A stretch of 64,000 bases of DNA, from assembly GCF_006345805.1 (NCBI RefSeq), contig NC_043000.1, positions 64,108,001 to 64,172,000 on the forward strand, in the 5' to 3' direction. How positions within the stretch are numbered: the stretch's first letter is position 1; each line of letters begins with the position of its first letter. Both the position numbers and the translations under genes were made by a program. The stretch comes from Octopus sinensis. Lineage: Eukaryota. The notes under the pieces were generated by a model that worked only from the letters and a program-made list of their open reading frames with translations, was not told the DNA's origin and did not search any database. This document shows positions 35,001-50,591 of this stretch, in pieces.

Positions 35001-38000
35001 GGTATCACAAGAGAGAAATGCAACCTAATGTAGTAATCTGGTGCTAAGGGCGAGGTGCAATCCATTTTTATAAATAGGCACAGGCGTGGCTGTGTGGTAA
35101 AGTTTGCTTCTCAACCACATGGTTTTGGGTTCAGTCCTATTGCTTGGCATCTTGGGAAAGAATCTTTAGCTCCAGGCTAACCAAAGTCTTATGGGTGGAT
35201 TTTTTTAGATGGAAACTAAAAAGAAGCCCATTATGCATGTGTGTGTGTGTCTGTCTGTCTGTCACCTTGCTTTGATATCACATAATATTGTAAAATGAAT
35301 GTTATTCATTTCCAGTACTATGCAAAAACATTTTCTGACCATGGGGAAATATTACCTTGCTTGGAAACAGTTAAGGGTTGGCAACAGGAAGGGCATTTGG
35401 TTATAAAAGTCTGCCTGAATGAACACTGTTTGACCCATGCAAGCACAGAAAAATTGACATTAAAATGATTAGTGCTGAATTAAAATCTTGAGATAGACTA
35501 GCACTAGTGCCTAAGGAAGTTGAGTGATTTTTATATTGAATTACTAGCCTAAGTACTGAGTGCAATTCCACTACTAATATTTGGTCATTGCACCTAATTT
35601 TATGCATTTTAGTTTACCCAGCTGTTCTAGTTTGTTTAGAAATGTTGGCTAAGTAAACTGATTGTACTTTCCAGAAAATTTATCTCATCCACTTTATGAC
35701 GAGAAACTGGAGATAAGTGCTAGAGAACAAAAAAGGCTTAGGAGATTTCCTTTTCATTTTTCCTATGAAGAGTGCCTTTCAGAAAGCTAATTAAATGAGA
35801 ACCAGATTTGAAAACTTTTATTCAAATCCAGTTCAGTGAACAAAGTTGTGATACTCATTCATTCTAAACAACTTCACAAACCTTACTTAGCCAGATCCTA
35901 CACATGATGGAAACACGGAAACTCTATCACCACTGTTCTTATCTCCAGTATACTGACATTGCAAATGTAAAATGGTACAATTAAAGGAGTCACAGCAGGT
36001 CACTTAACAATCTCTCTATCTGAAGGAGTAAAGGTAGTGCTATATGAAAAAGACTAGACATCATCATCATTTACATCCACTTTCCCATGCTGTCATTTGC
36101 TGAAGGAGAGCTCTGGAGATGGTATTCTATGGTCAAGTCCCTTTTTCATATCAGCCCTTATTTTTCATGAGAACAACTGTTTTTATAGAGCTGTGAGAAA
36201 TTGTTTGGTATTTATGGCTGATGACATGTAACTCCTCAAAAACACATGCATGCATGATCTGATGGTGTCATTCATAGCACAAAGTATTGAAACGTGTGTT
36301 GTCTATGACGAGAGTCTTCTGATGAGACTATTTCCACTGTGAAAGATCTTCTTACACCCAAGTGTACTGTGTTAAAAGTATCACTGTACATGCATATATA
36401 AGATACTCTACTCTAGTCTTCACATATTGAACTGCTGCTGTATGTTTTACAGGAGACATAATGTCACAACCAAAGCAGTGTTGATCCAAAGGCATTCATA
36501 TACTAATACACATGCAAGCATACCCATGCGTATACAACAGGTTTTCATACTAATTTCACTCACAAGGCATTAGTCAACTCAAGACCAGTAGAAGAGACTT
36601 GCTAAGGTGTCACACGATGGGATGGAACTGGAAATCATGTGATTGCAAAGCAAATTTCTTAATCATGCAGCCATTAGATATATACTTGTTCTAATTTAAT
36701 CTAAAGTAGCTGGGTAAGTTTTTTTCTGTGAAAATATACTTCAAAGTTTGGACATTTAACATTGTAATTAATTCTGTTGTAGCAGCACTTTGTAGTATTG
36801 CTTTTCAGTGAAATAACTCTGTAATTTTATTGCGAAGAATTTTGCTTACTTTGAAATCTTAATACTTTCATGTCAAATAATTAAATTTGTTTGAAACTGT
36901 GAATCAAACAAATTTTATTTCATTAAATTTCTTACAAAACCACTTTAATCAAAGTTTGTGATTTATAACCATTTTCCTGAAGATAACTAAAACAAGAAGA
37001 ATGTTGGATGAGATGATTTACTGGTTCAGTATTCATTTAGTGACATGATTGTCAAACTATTCCTTTAAGAAAAGAGAAAGGAAAAGTAATGTATTTTTTT
37101 AATATTTAATTTCTGCACATTATGGTTAAGTGATGTCTTTATTAGTAAGGTTGACAACCATTCAAAGTTTTCCTTAAAAGTAGTGACTTTACAATTCATC
37201 AACCTGTCTATTACCAAGTCAGATTGATATCCACTTTTAACCTTAATACACTAATGCAAACAGAATAAAGTATTTTATTTAACTTTTGTACTTCACTTGT
37301 GTAATGGAATTCATATTAAATCTTAGTGGGAGTCATACTGATTTCTTTTAACTAGGTACAAGGTCAGTTATGTTATTGTACAATTGCTTTTGTGCCTAAT
37401 TAAATTTATACTAATTCAATTGGCTCTTGTATACATTTTGCCATCTACATACAAAGGTTACAACTGAATCAACTTTAGGATTTACTGGTATTTATTTCAT
37501 TGGTTCTAGAGGGGTGAAATACTATGTCAATCTGTCAAGTTAAATGGACACTAAACCAGATTCAATAAAGCATCTCATCTAATGTTTTCTATTATTCATC
37601 TCCAGTGAAGTTGTTATAAAGTCACAATCTTTGATAAAATTGGTTTTGTTAGAATTTCAATGAAATTTCAGTCTTACTTTGCTTTCTTCTAATATCAATA
37701 AATTCTTGACCATGTTCACTCTCAGTTAATCTGTCAGTTCTAAAGCATTTTAGTTGAACAACAATAAACCTTTTTCAAAATAAATCTATTTTCCTATGCC
37801 AACAAATCTTATCTTTTATTTGTTTCCATCATAGGACTGTGATCATGCAGGGAACTGCCTTTATGGGTTTATTCAAGTAAAACATCAGTACTTAATTTTT
37901 AAGTCTGGTACTTATTCTATCAATCTCTTTTGCTGAGCTGTTCAGTTATGGGGGTGTAAACAAACCAACATTGATTTCAAATGTGTGTGTAGGGGGGACA

Positions 38001-41000
38001 AACACAAAGACACACACATACATATTTTATTTATTTCTATTTATTGTCATTGGACTGAGACCACTCTGGGGCACCACCTTTTAGTTGAACAAATTGACCC
38101 CAGAACTTATTTTTTAGTCTGGTACTTATTCTATTGGTCACTTTTGTGGAACCAATGGTCTCCACACAGTTTTTTCTACTAAATTCATAAAGCATTGGTT
38201 GATCCAGGGCTATTGTAGAAGATACTGACCCAAGGTACCATGCAGGGGGACTGAACCACTAAATCACTCTCATCACTACTTTAATAAATGAAAGCTTTGC
38301 TCTGCTCATGACCCTTTGGAGTGGGATGGTGGATTTTTTTTTTTTTTTGTGGGATATTGAATTGTGAAAATCTTTCTTTTCACAGCAAACATATTACACC
38401 TATGTATTTTCCCAACGACCAATAGGGTATACATTTTTCTGGAAAGTTAATGTGGGACCTGGATTAAAATAGATTGAGAAACACTGCTTTAAGTTTTCTG
38501 AGCCTGGTAGGAAGAAGAAAAGTATCATTAAACCAGACACCTAGCCTGAATGCTTGCACCCAAGGTGTCAAGTGGTGGTGTCACTCTAGGTCAAGCATGG
38601 ACAACCTTTTTCTAGAAGTAGGCATGTATGAGACATGGCTCAACATTACTGGCCTCACTACAAACAAAAATAATATATACCAAGGCCAATTTTCATTGAC
38701 ATGCCATTCAGAAAGTCCTGTGGGCTGCAGTTTACTTATGACTGCCTTAGATGACATATTAAGTCTACCACCTCAGTATTCTACAGTGGGATTTGAACTC
38801 TGAACACAATGATTCCACTGCATTAGGCTGATAGTTTATTTATTAACCATGTAAGACCAAAATGTGTCCAAAGGAGTCTCCTGCACTTGCCAGAAAACAG
38901 AAAAAGTATTAGTGATTGATTAGTGTTTTTTTTTTCATCATATAATTAAGTTAATGCTAATCTTATTAAATACATTAGTGAAGGTGTGTGGCTCAGTGGT
39001 TAGAGCATTGGACTTACAATCAGGAGGTTGTGAGTTCACTTCCAGGACCAGGCAGTTGTGTTCTTGAACAAGGTACTTTATTTCACATTGGTCCAGTTTA
39101 CTCAGCTGTAGTAATGATTTGTGATGTCACTGGTGCAAAACTGTATCCACTTTTGCCTTACACTTGGACAACATTAGTGTTGTGGAGAGGGGAGACTAGT
39201 ATGCATACATGACTGCTGCTCTTCCACAAACAACCTTGCCTAGACTTGTGCCTTGTGGGGGAACTTTCTAGGTGCAATCTTAACCCTCTCTCTTAGTCTC
39301 ATTAAATGCATTAATTGTTAACTTTAGAAATGGTTGATCAAATCTATCCCAGTACTTGACTAGTACTTTGAGCCAGGAAGGATGAAAGGTAAAGCTGTCT
39401 TACACAGATTTTGAACTCAGAACATTAAGGGCTGTTACTAAATACCATAAAACATTTGTTCAGTGCTTTAATGATTCCAACTCTGGTTTATATTTTTTGA
39501 GTCATTGCCTGATTTGTGAAATATTTCACTCAGTTCTTAATCATGCACTCTCATTAAAGTTGTTCATACACTAACTACAACTCTTTAACAACAATTTTTT
39601 TCTAAACATTTGAAAAATTACATTCTTGGTTCATTTTGCATTTAGCTACTGTGGTTCTTTTTTTTTTTTATTCTTTATTTTCTATCACCAACATCATCAC
39701 CTCTGTCATAAGCCACACTAGCATAACAACCACCAACGAAGCAGTGTCAGTGAGATTGCTCAAATTGCTAGAAATATCAGTCAGTTTGCCTTCAAAATCT
39801 TAGAAAAGGAAAGGACACACTGGATAATATAGTCCCTGCTACACTATCTGAAAAATAATAAAAATAGAGAGAAAAAAAGGATGGTCACTGCTGCAATTCC
39901 TTTGATCATTAATTGGTTGAGGTTTTACCTTGGGCTGAACAATCATCACCAACCATTTTAAAGTGTTTTCGTAGCAACAGTTGACAGCTATTATGTAGCT
40001 TCAAACTGTTTGGTTAATTTTTATTCTGAGATTCCATGACAACAAGCTGAATATTTTTGCTTACAGCTTTTATTGCAGAAGATGGACAGCTAATTAATAA
40101 CCTGTTCTGCAGGTGGAATAAATAGCTTGATCAGTGTGGGCCATTTTCATGCCATTAATTATCCATTTTCACATACATTCTAACCAGCATTATATGAGCC
40201 AAAGAAGCTTGGATGTGGTTTTTCAACTAGCTAGAAATAGCAATATACTGACTTAAAAAACTTGAAGTATACATTAGACAATGTAGTTTGGTATAAACTG
40301 TCTAAAAAACAACAGGATGGTCTCAGCTGAAACAATTTTGATCATAAGTTTGTTCAAAGAAGCTTGATTTGATGTTTGGCTCTGACATGTGTAAAGGTAT
40401 ATTGAAATTAGCGTTATGATGTACACCTTTTTAAAACTATATTTAGAGGATCTTTGCAATACAATCTGCTATCTGGAATTGATTACACCAAAAGCAACTT
40501 TGAATACGAGTCAGTGATGTAGCCTCTTTGTAGTTACTTGACCAGCTAGAAATAGCTACCAAATTTTCCTGAAACTACAACTTAGTGTCTTAAAAGGGGG
40601 ACACATTGGATAATGCAGTCTCTTTAATCAGGGATGCCTCGAGCTAAAGAGCAGCAATTAACTGTGTATAAAAACATATATGTATAATTAAAAAAAAAAA
40701 AGGTAATGAGTGGTAAGTGTCTGTGAAGTTGCTTGATCTGCATGAAGTAGCATTCAAATTTCCCTCAAAATCATACCCCTCCAAGTCTTGGAAAAAAAAC
40801 ACATTATATAACATAGCCTTAGATGTAATACCTGAAAAACAACTCATCTGATGATGTAATCTAAAGAGAAATGGGAAAATTAGTAATTTGAAAGACAATG
40901 CTATCCTATTATGTCTATAAACACATAGTTTAACCTGCTAAAGAGTTGAGTTGTAGGTACCCCTTCTTTGGTGAGTTTTTTTAAAATGATTCATGAGAAA

Positions 41001-41310
41001 ACTCATCTCACATTTTGATTGAACTTTGTTCAGCAACATTGATTTTAGGGTCTTTAACTTTTCTTATAGCCCACTGATTACTATGATTCATTGGTTAAAA
41101 AGTTCTAAGCTTATGAAAGAGCAGTTGGCTTAGACTGCAAAGAGCTGAGCTGAATGTTGTGTAGTTACAAGTTTAAATCCCGCCAAACTGATTTTGCCTT
41201 TCATCTCTCCAGGATTGTTCATGTTTAGCCACTGGCCAACTTTGATTGAGCAAACCTATGGTCAAAAGTATTCCAGCTTTAACCATACGATTTTATAATT
41301 CTTTTTTTAC

Positions 41311-41697
41311 AGGCATGGCTGTGTGGTAAGAAGCTAATTTCCCAACCACATGGTTCTGGGTTCAGTCCTACTGCATGACACTTTGGGCAATTGTCTTCTA
41401 CAATAGCCTCAGGCTGACCAAAGCCTTGTGAGTGGATTTGGTAGGTGGAAACTGAAAGATGCCCATCGTGTGTGTGTTTGTATCTGTGTTTGTCCTCCCA
41501 TCACCACTTGACAACCAGTGTTGGTGTGTTTATATCCCTGTAGCTTAGCAGTTCAGCAAAAGAGACCAGTAGAATAAGTACTAGGCTTTAAAAAAATAAA
41601 TCCTGGGGTCAATTCATTTGACTAAAAACCCTTCAAGGTGATGTTCTAACATGGCCACAGTCAAATGACTGAAACAAAAGAATAACAAAATAAAAGA
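41311..41697 (+). mobile_element. Near-complete composite SINE inserted into the (CAA)-tail repeat
   Basis: Same family as 5233-5692. The host repeat is split into ~41225-41290 and ~41700-41760. Confidence 0.85.
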
Positions 41698-43073
41698 TAT
41701 ACCAGTGTGATTTGAATGAGATTTGCTGCTATTTCTAGCATGTCATATAGAGACTCACTCGTTGTCTCCTTTCTTCAAAGTTATTGCTGTTTAGTCTAAG
41801 GTCATCCCTAGCAAATATTCCTATCATCAAAAGGCATTCCAGTTGCCATCATTGTGTCCTTTTTGTTCTTCAGATGGTGTATCTGGGATAACAATGTCTG
41901 TTTCTTTAAAACAGCTGGGTCTGCTTTCAGATAGATTTGACTGCTATATCTGGTATGTTGAGCAACCACTTAGAAGCCACCTATTTATATTATCACTAAA
42001 TACAGTATGTGTAATCAAGAGAAAGTAATGATTTGATAAATGAAATTCCTATGTCAGTGTTTATTAAGCTTTTTGAAGATATTATAAGCGGAACACTTTA
42101 ATACCCTTAAATTTATAAATATATCACTAAATCATTGAATCAGTGTTCTAGTTTGGCATCTCATCCAGTAAATCATTTCAGTTTTCTTTTCGGCTTGGGG
42201 GTTCTGTATTTACGTTTGAATTTTCTGGTGCATCTTTTCTTTAATAAGGGGGTTTTGATGGAGAATTAGGTGGCTAATTTTATCAGGTCTGGCAGTTGTT
42301 CAGATTCTACCTCAGCTCAGTGTGTGATCTCTTGGGCTGCAAGGTTTGCAAATAAATGTGTGGTAATTCTTAAAAAAAAATTATTTTGATCATTTGAAGA
42401 ACTGCAAAGTAAGATTGAAATTTGCAAACAAAATTGAGAATTTGACTTAAAAATGAAAAACAGTCTAAATGTTCGGAAGCTTCATAGGTTTACAAATATT
42501 ACTGTTTTGCATAGCATTGGCAGACTGATATTGCCACACTGGCGTCATTTGTTGTAAAAAGTAGCAATGTTTGTCACTAGTATTACTCCTTTTGATATCA
42601 ACCTACCTGAGACTGCCTGTGGTTTTATAACATCAGCTTCTTGTTTTAAAGGTGATCTAAATTAAATCTTCCATCAGAATTTTATGTTAATTTGTTTCAA
42701 ACACCAGCTTAATAATGACAAAATTATTTTACATTCATTACTTTAAAGATTAATTGAAATAAAAGTAGTGCATCTCAATAAAAATATAGTAACAAAATAA
42801 TTAATAGATTTCTGTAGGTAATAACATCATCATTATCATCATCATCATCATCGTTTAGCGTCCATTTATAATTCAAAAATTTAAATAGAAGAACAAAGGA
42901 TTGTTTTTTAGATAATGATTACCAGGAAGTGAAAATAGGAGTTTGTGATATTCATGCCTTTATCAAAAAAACTTGCTACATGTGTGAAGTGATCAAGTAT
43001 TGAAATTGAATTTTTAAACTTGTAGGGTATCAAGCTCAGAGATGGGATTTTTAATTGCTTTATCAGCTAATAT

Positions 43074-43298
43074 TTAACCTTTTTGCATTTAAAGTAACCA
43101 TATCTGATTCAAATATTCTACCCATTTTATGTTGAAATCAGGTAGATCTGGCCTCTTTTGTCTAACTTACAATGTCATTCTAGAAATATACAATCACGTC
43201 ATCAAAATCTTGAAGCTACAAGATATTGCATGATTAATTCAAAACAACTTGAATAAATAAGCATTACATTTGACTGTAATCTGAATGTTAAAAGTTTA
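43074..43298 (+). mobile_element. piggyBac-like MITE, copy 3 (more diverged)
   Basis: TTAA|CCTTTTTGCATT start. The interior matches 19424-19640. Confidence 0.7.
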
Positions 43299-46259
43299 TA
43301 GAACTTTTTTTTACAGTCCTTGATTCTTGAGTGTTGTGAAGGCTGGACTTGATTTTGTTATTTTTTAGCTTTGTCAACAAGATCAACTCCTATGACTTGA
43401 GTGTTGTATTTACTGATGAAGAAAATAGACTTTGGATGACCATGCAATTGCAGGTGGAATCCCTTCATGTAAGAGTCACTGTGGTTCCACTAAGATTCTC
43501 ATTCCATGTAAAAATAGCATTAGCCCCAGGTCAGTTCTCTGCAAGGACACCTATGAGCAGTTGTTCCAGTCTTCATCACTCTGAACTTCTCTCAGACATT
43601 GTATATCTAGGACTACCTTATTCAACATATCCTTCCTGTTTTAAGATGATGGGATGTAATTTGAGAATGATTTGGTTGCTATTTCCAACAAGTTGAGTCA
43701 CCTTATGGAGGCTCTTTTAGTGGTGATCTCCTGTTACTGTCTTAAGTTCTTAGCAAACTGAGTGTGCAGCTTTGTTACAGTTTCCAGCTGGAGGTACAAT
43801 GTCTCTAAAACTGTATTAGATTGAATTGCCAAGTGTACTAGCATCTGGAGATAGTTAATTAGGAACGTAGGTGGTGTATCTAGTTGTTAATTAAGATCAA
43901 GGTCAATAAAGGTTAACCAATACCCTAAACAATGGTTCTTCCACTATCCATTTGTTGTCTAATTAACAAAGCCATTAAGATAATTAATATTGAATGTGAA
44001 ATGATAGATTTAGAAGTCAGTTTTCTTCTAAGTCAGACCTCACTGTTGTGTTAACACTTTTGTTATCATTTCTCTTAAAGTAACCCTTTTACCTTTGTTT
44101 CAATTAATTATGAAAACCACAAAAAATTTAGTAAAATAACTTTGTCATCATTAAGTTGGTATTTTGAACATACAATTTTGATGGAAGATTCTAATTTAGA
44201 TCTTTTGCAAAAGGAAATTTCTATCATAGAGCCAAGGGTGGTCTCATGTAGGTTGGTATCAGAAGGTTTATATATAACTAGGCAACTAAAAAAATGCAAA
44301 CTTTTGCATCATAATATGCCTGATAAAAGAAGAAACTCTATAGTATCCTAAGCATGTACATGTTCTGTTTAATGAGGAATCTAGGCCTAATTAGAATACT
44401 TTTTGAGGTTATGAGACTTGGAGAATTATACTTAGATTTAGCTAATTGTAAGTGAACTAGTGTTGCATAGAAACAGCACTTTTTAACTATGTATGAGGAT
44501 TGAATACAATATGTAGCTAAACTAATGATCTTTTTCTTGGATTCCGAGACAATGTTCTTATAAGGTAATTGCATTGCTAATAGTCTAAACCTTAACATCT
44601 TACTAAGATTTATTTGCTAGCAATAACGTTATCTTTAGTGAAAACCAAGATGTTGAAGCATTGAAGTAAAGATCTCTGTATATGAATGCAGACATGATTG
44701 AATAGTTAAGGAATTTATTTTGTAACTATGAGGTTTGAGGCTCAATTTCACCCAGCAGCATTTTGGGCAAGTGTTTTCTAGCATAGTCTTGGGTCAACCA
44801 GTCTTGTTAATAGAATTTAGTCACCGACAGTGATAGGCTAAACCTGTTGCTGCATGAACTTTGGATGCTTTTATTAGAATCAACTTCCACTCGAACTTTG
44901 GGTGCTTTTATTAGAATCCACTTTGTTGCAAGCCTCCCCTTTGAGGATAACATCCTATATTCATTCCCCAGTTACAGAAGCCCTGAAAAGGGTCATGCAT
45001 GCTGTCCTTTCTCTTCTAATTAATACCATTAAAAAAAGAAATATTCAACTTTCTTTGTCGCTTTCACCTCCCATATGGTTTAAATGTAAAAGTAGGAGGC
45101 TGTTATTAACTTGCAGTAGGATGGAATAAAAATGAACAGTAGCTGTTTTTAATCAGGAACTGGGAAAAACATCTCTCACAATGTGGAAATATTACCTTGC
45201 TTGGAAGTAGGTGAAAGTCATGTAAATATACATTACTCAAGGTTATTATTTGTAGTGATTCTATCAAACATATGTTTTTACTTTAATCACAGTCCTTTCA
45301 TCCATTGGATTTGCTTCTGTATTCCTTTGTTGCAAAAGGTGGGACTGTTACAGTTTGAATGCCTTTCGTCATAGATCTACTCAATTAAGGTTGACTCAGT
45401 GCTAAAGCACAAGACCTACTAATTTCACAATTATGTTAGGGGGTTAGCAGGAAAGGTTAAATGAAGAATAATTATTTTTGTTTTTTGAAGTTAGTATGTA
45501 TGCAATTTCAAGTGACTTGAGAGTTCTAATAATGTAAAAGCAGACTAATGGTTAAAGTACCAACTAGTAGGCATTAGTTCAACTCTTACCAGATACTTAT
45601 ATTGGTTCTCTTTTATATTCTTTTATTCTTTTACTTGTCTCAGTCATTTGACTGTGGCCATGTTGTAGCACCACCTTGAAGAATATTAGTTGGACAAATC
45701 AATCCCAGGACTTATTTTTGAAGTCTAGTACTTATTCTATTGGTCTCTCTTGCCAGCCTGTTAAGTTACAAGGACATAAACACACCAACACCCGTTGTTA
45801 AGCAGTGATGGGGGGACAAACACACATACAACATGCTTCTTTCAGTTTCTACTCATAAAGCTTTGATCAACCTGAGGCTATAGTAGAAGACAGTTGCCCA
45901 AAGTTCCACGCAGTGGGACTGAACCCAGAACCATGTGGTTCTTACCATACAACCATGCCTTGCAGCCACATTTAATTTAAAACAGCACTACTGTGTATTC
46001 TTGTTGCTTTATCGACTATGTGTTGGGTGGTGAATTGGTAGTTGTTAAAGCATTGAATAGAATACCTTGTGTTTATTCCAGTTCAATTCTCTTTGGGTTC
46101 AAATCCCACTGTGGTTAACTGTGTGTTCCAACCTTTCAGGCTGATGAAGTACCAGTCAAATGTAAAAACTGATGGAATTGTTAAAACATTGAATGGGATG
46201 CCTTACAGTATCTGTTTCAACTCTGTACATTCCAGCCATCCTCACCACTCACTATTCCT

Positions 46260-46930
46260 AGGAGGGTTGTGAGAGGTAGATTCTTCAGGCAACTTCTCCG
46301 TAGGGTCCTATCAGAAGCAACCATCATTACACTTTCTTGTGTGATTGAGACTATGGATATTATCCAACCAATTTCATTTGGTCAACTGCAGATGTGGTCT
46401 GGCCACTGGGTTCATGTACTTCCTATGGAAGCCCCTCTGGCACCACTGCTCTATCTCCTGGAAGATGACTCTCCACATTTATGGAGCAAACATATGATCC
46501 CTCTTGAAGACCCTGACAAAGAAAATTGATGGCTTCAATAGCAGAGCCCTGAGAACTATTGAGAACATCAGATGGTACCATCATGTTTCCAACAAAACAT
46601 TATGTGCACACATGCATCAGCCCGTAGTCTCCTACCTCATAGCTATCCATCACATGCACTGGTATGGACAAGTCCTTTGTCTCCCACTAGATCATCCTAC
46701 CAAGCTTTACTCTCATTTGATGCAACAACTGTGGGCTGTATGAGGCTTGTGGCACCTGATGGCTGGATGTGATTGAGGGAGATCTCTAGAGGCTTGACGT
46801 CACCTTGGAGGATGCAGAGGGGCTGGCATGGAACTGCTAGCGATGAAGAGCACTGGTGGACCTGATCAGCTCGATGCATGATGTCTCTGGGACCACTAAC
46901 CTTGGTTGACTCCAACTCCATTAAGCAAGG
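46260..46930 (+). mobile_element. RTE/BovB-like LINE 3' fragment
   Basis: KKIDGFNSRALRTIENIRWYHHVSN and HMHWYGQVLCLPLDHP (RTE C-terminal pattern), ending in TAAGCAAG. Confidence 0.8.
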
Positions 46931-49900
46931 GCATGACCTACCTATTTACCTCTACCCCTAGGTTTCCAGTTGGTTCTCTCAGTTTCAAAAATTGGTCATA
47001 CAATCTTTTCATCTGCACATTCCATGTTCAAATCCCATCTTATGTCACCAGAAAATAGGTCCTTTGGGACCCTTTCAAAAATTGGGATACACTAGGGAAG
47101 TCCATCAGCAAATAACTGAGCACTGGAGGAATTTCAAATGCTGTGCAAAATTTATCTATTTGAGAAAGCTAACTAAAACCAATACTGTAGAACAAGCTAA
47201 CAAAATCCATTTGTTGATTGTACTATGCTCCAGGTAACTTCACCTAATATTTATCTACATGTATTCTTAAGTAGTGAATCATACCTTAACCTAGTTACAC
47301 TATTGACGTTTTTGCTTATTAAGTAGACCAATGTTCTATTTGTTGGCCAGCTGTTACTTTTCTATTAGTATTATCTGAGATATTGTCAATGTAGCATTTA
47401 GATCAGCAATTGCCTATGTGGAGCTGTTTCCAAAATGGACATTTTATAGGTACAGGCTTGGCTGTGAGGTTAGGAAACTCACTTTGCAGCCATGTGGTTT
47501 TAAGTTCAGTCACACTGCATAGCACCTTGGCCAAGTGTTTTCTGCTATATCCCTGGGTCAACCAATGTCTTATGATTGAATTTGGTAGATGGAAAGCATG
47601 TGGCAGCCCATCATATATGTATATATGTGTTTGTTTCTGTTTGTCCCTCACCCTCCACTTCCACCATTCGGCAACCTGTATTGGTTTGTTTAAGTTCCTG
47701 TAAATTAAAGGTTAGCAAATGGGGCCAATAAGAAAGTACCAAGCTTAAAAAGATAAGTACTTGGGTGAATTTTTTTGCCCAAATCCTGCAAAACAGCGCC
47801 CCATTATGGCCACAGTTAAATGACTGAAACAGGGTAAAAGAATGATTCCTAATGTGTTGTTTTGTTTATTGTTTCTTGTATTTTATGATGCGCTTTTCTT
47901 GTGAAGAAATTTAGGATCAGAAGAGGAAATTAAGAATAAAAATAAAAGTTAAAAAGGAGTAATGGGCTGAAAAAGGGTTAGAAATCAGTAATTTAGATCA
48001 AGCATTGGTAACCTTTTTTGAGAAGCAGGTCACATGAGACATGACTTATCAAGTGAGGCACACCAATTTTCCATTGGTTGTTCCATTGAAAAAGTCTTGT
48101 GGGTTAGTTTGCCCATGACTGATTTAGATGGTCATTAGGAGAAATATTAATGTCAGAGGACTACCTGAATAAGTATTAGAAGAAAAAAAAAAAGAAACCT
48201 GCCTATAAAAACATCAAACTGATCTGTGTATATGTGCTTGTGTAGCCTAATATTTTCGATTGTAGGTTGTCAGTTTCTATAATATTGTTATCAGATATGT
48301 TCATATTTTCTGCTATAGCTCAGAAGAAAGGCATGCATTATTTCAATATTGGAAAAGACATCCAGCTTGAAGATTCCTCTTACATTCTTTACATCTCAAA
48401 TTGTTATAATAATGTTATGCATCAGATATGATAACATTAACAATATAATTATTTAAGTAGCATTTCATTTAATGTTGTTTTTATATGATAACCTATGGAT
48501 TGTTGTAATATGATGTCTAGTTGAGGTTAAGGCAGTGCATATTTGGTTTTAATTACATGTCCATATTTGGGTAGGAAAATGCAGGCTGGGTTGATGTGCC
48601 ATTTCATCTAAATTTTCTATACCCAGTAAAATAAAGTGGTATTGTGACAGCAAAGTTTTGAGTTTCTTATTTAACATTTTTATTTGAAGAAAAGCTAGTT
48701 TTATGTTTCTTTACTTTCTTATTCACTTAATACTTAGTAGACTATTTACTCAGAGTAAACAGTTTTCTTATTTAATAACTCTATCAGTATTTAATCTTTA
48801 AATATTATTTCAAAAGTCTGTCTTTTCACACCCTTTCTCATAACAGCTATTCATCTCTCATGAAATTGTAAAGCATTTACCTAGACTACAACCAAATTGT
48901 TCATATTCCCAAAAGCAGTTTTGCAGCTAATGTTGTTAAGTTCAGCCTGTTTGTGGTGTCCACCTATTAAGAATTCCTGTATAAGTCATGATTGTGTTTA
49001 ACGGAGATTATCTTCTTTAGCTTCACCTCAGGCCTCTTGTTGATTCAACTACTTTCTGAATGTGTTGTAGCTTGATTCACCAAACGTGGTGAATGCAGCT
49101 GAAGTTTCTGGTATTTGCACTAGTATATTTACTTACCTTTCTTCACTTGTTCCAAAATTCAATATGACAAAACTTGCAGTAACTTCAAATACTGAAACCC
49201 TTGTACTAGAAATTTCCAACTGAAACTATCACACACACCTTAATAAAACACTCACAACCTTTGATAATTACTTATTCAGAAAAACAAACTTCATCATTAT
49301 CATACATTCATATTCTATGCTGATATAGGGCTGGACAAGTCATTGGGATCTAGGTCAGTTGTGATCAAGAATCTTCCTAAACAAGCTTGCAAGCCACATC
49401 TTGTTCATATATTCTGTTTTGACATGATTTATGGCTGGGTACCCTTCTTAGTACCAATTGTGTTGAAGGCATTTTATCATGGTAATAGCTCTAGAGAAAG
49501 TACCATGTCCTTGACAAGATAAAGCTAAAGACTGACTGTATTGTCTCTGCTTGTTTGTCAAATTTTACAGAGAATACTGGATGCATTTTATCATAGCTCT
49601 AGCATTAAACAAGTTACCTTTTTCCACAAGATGAAGGCAACCAAATTTTATGTAACCAAAATTGCTATAAAAGCCTGAGGTTGGACTTTGAGAGTGGTAG
49701 ATATTCATTTGAACATATGCATTTTAAATACTCTTTTCACAAACAAGTGTTTATTTTCACATAATCAACACAATTTTGTCACCATGCATTTGTTTTAAAA
49801 AAATGAAATCCACTTGATTAATAAATATCTAGGAATCTTGCACTACCATTAATCCATAAGTCACTACTATTCTCTCTCTTCCATTCTTTTATCATTCTGT

Positions 49901-50333
49901 GTTTTTGAAGTTGCTGATCTACATCATCTTCTCCTACTCCTTTTGATGCAAATCCTCTAATCTAAAAGTATTTATAGTTGAATCAAAACTGTTCATAATT
50001 TTATGTAAGAACCTTTTCTCAAGTTTTGCTCCAAAACACCAACTTAATATAACTATTTATCTCTTTATATTCTTGAATATTTTCAAAGCTGGAACACATG
50101 AGCAGAGTATTAACATTTAAAATGTGGTGAGGAAAGGGTTAAAAATACCTCTCCTGTCACATTCACTAATGAATTTCACCATCCAGTCTTTCTTTCATAG
50201 TACTATATCCTGATTCCAGTCATCATCATTATCACCATCATCATTTAATATCCATGTTCTATGCTGGCATGGGTTAGATGGTTTGACAGGATCTAGTGTG
50301 TGCAAGGACTGCATCATGCTTCATTGTCTGCTT

Positions 50334-50591
50334 TATGAGGATCAGCTGAAAAGTTTATTGGCTGACCAAGATACTCTCTTGGAATGTGACCAAATGAGGT
50401 TTATTTTTCAACATAGACCCCCTTGTGATCCACACACTTCTTCCATTGATGTTGTAGTGCTTGGATCCCATTGGTGAAGAAATTTACATCCTGTTAATCA
50501 AAAGAAGTCATCAATAGCAGACATGACATCATTGTCACTGTGATACTGATTCCTAGCCGAGTGTTTTTTCATGTTGGGGAACAGATGATAG
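50334..50591 (-). mobile_element. Mariner transposon 3' end with right TIR
   Basis: Minus strand encodes YHLFPNMKKH...SDNDVMSAIDDFF, then after a frameshift FFTNGIQALQHQWKKCVDHKGVYVEK*. TIR TA|TGAGGATCAGCTGAAAAGTT. Confidence 0.9.

Noticed and set aside
36250-36350. Two further hammerhead-like strings (CTGATGG...GAAACGTGTGTT; CTGATGA...GAAAG)
   Set aside because: The first lacks A9 and a helix II; the second lacks helix II and the GAAAC/GUH arrangement. At most heavily decayed relics.
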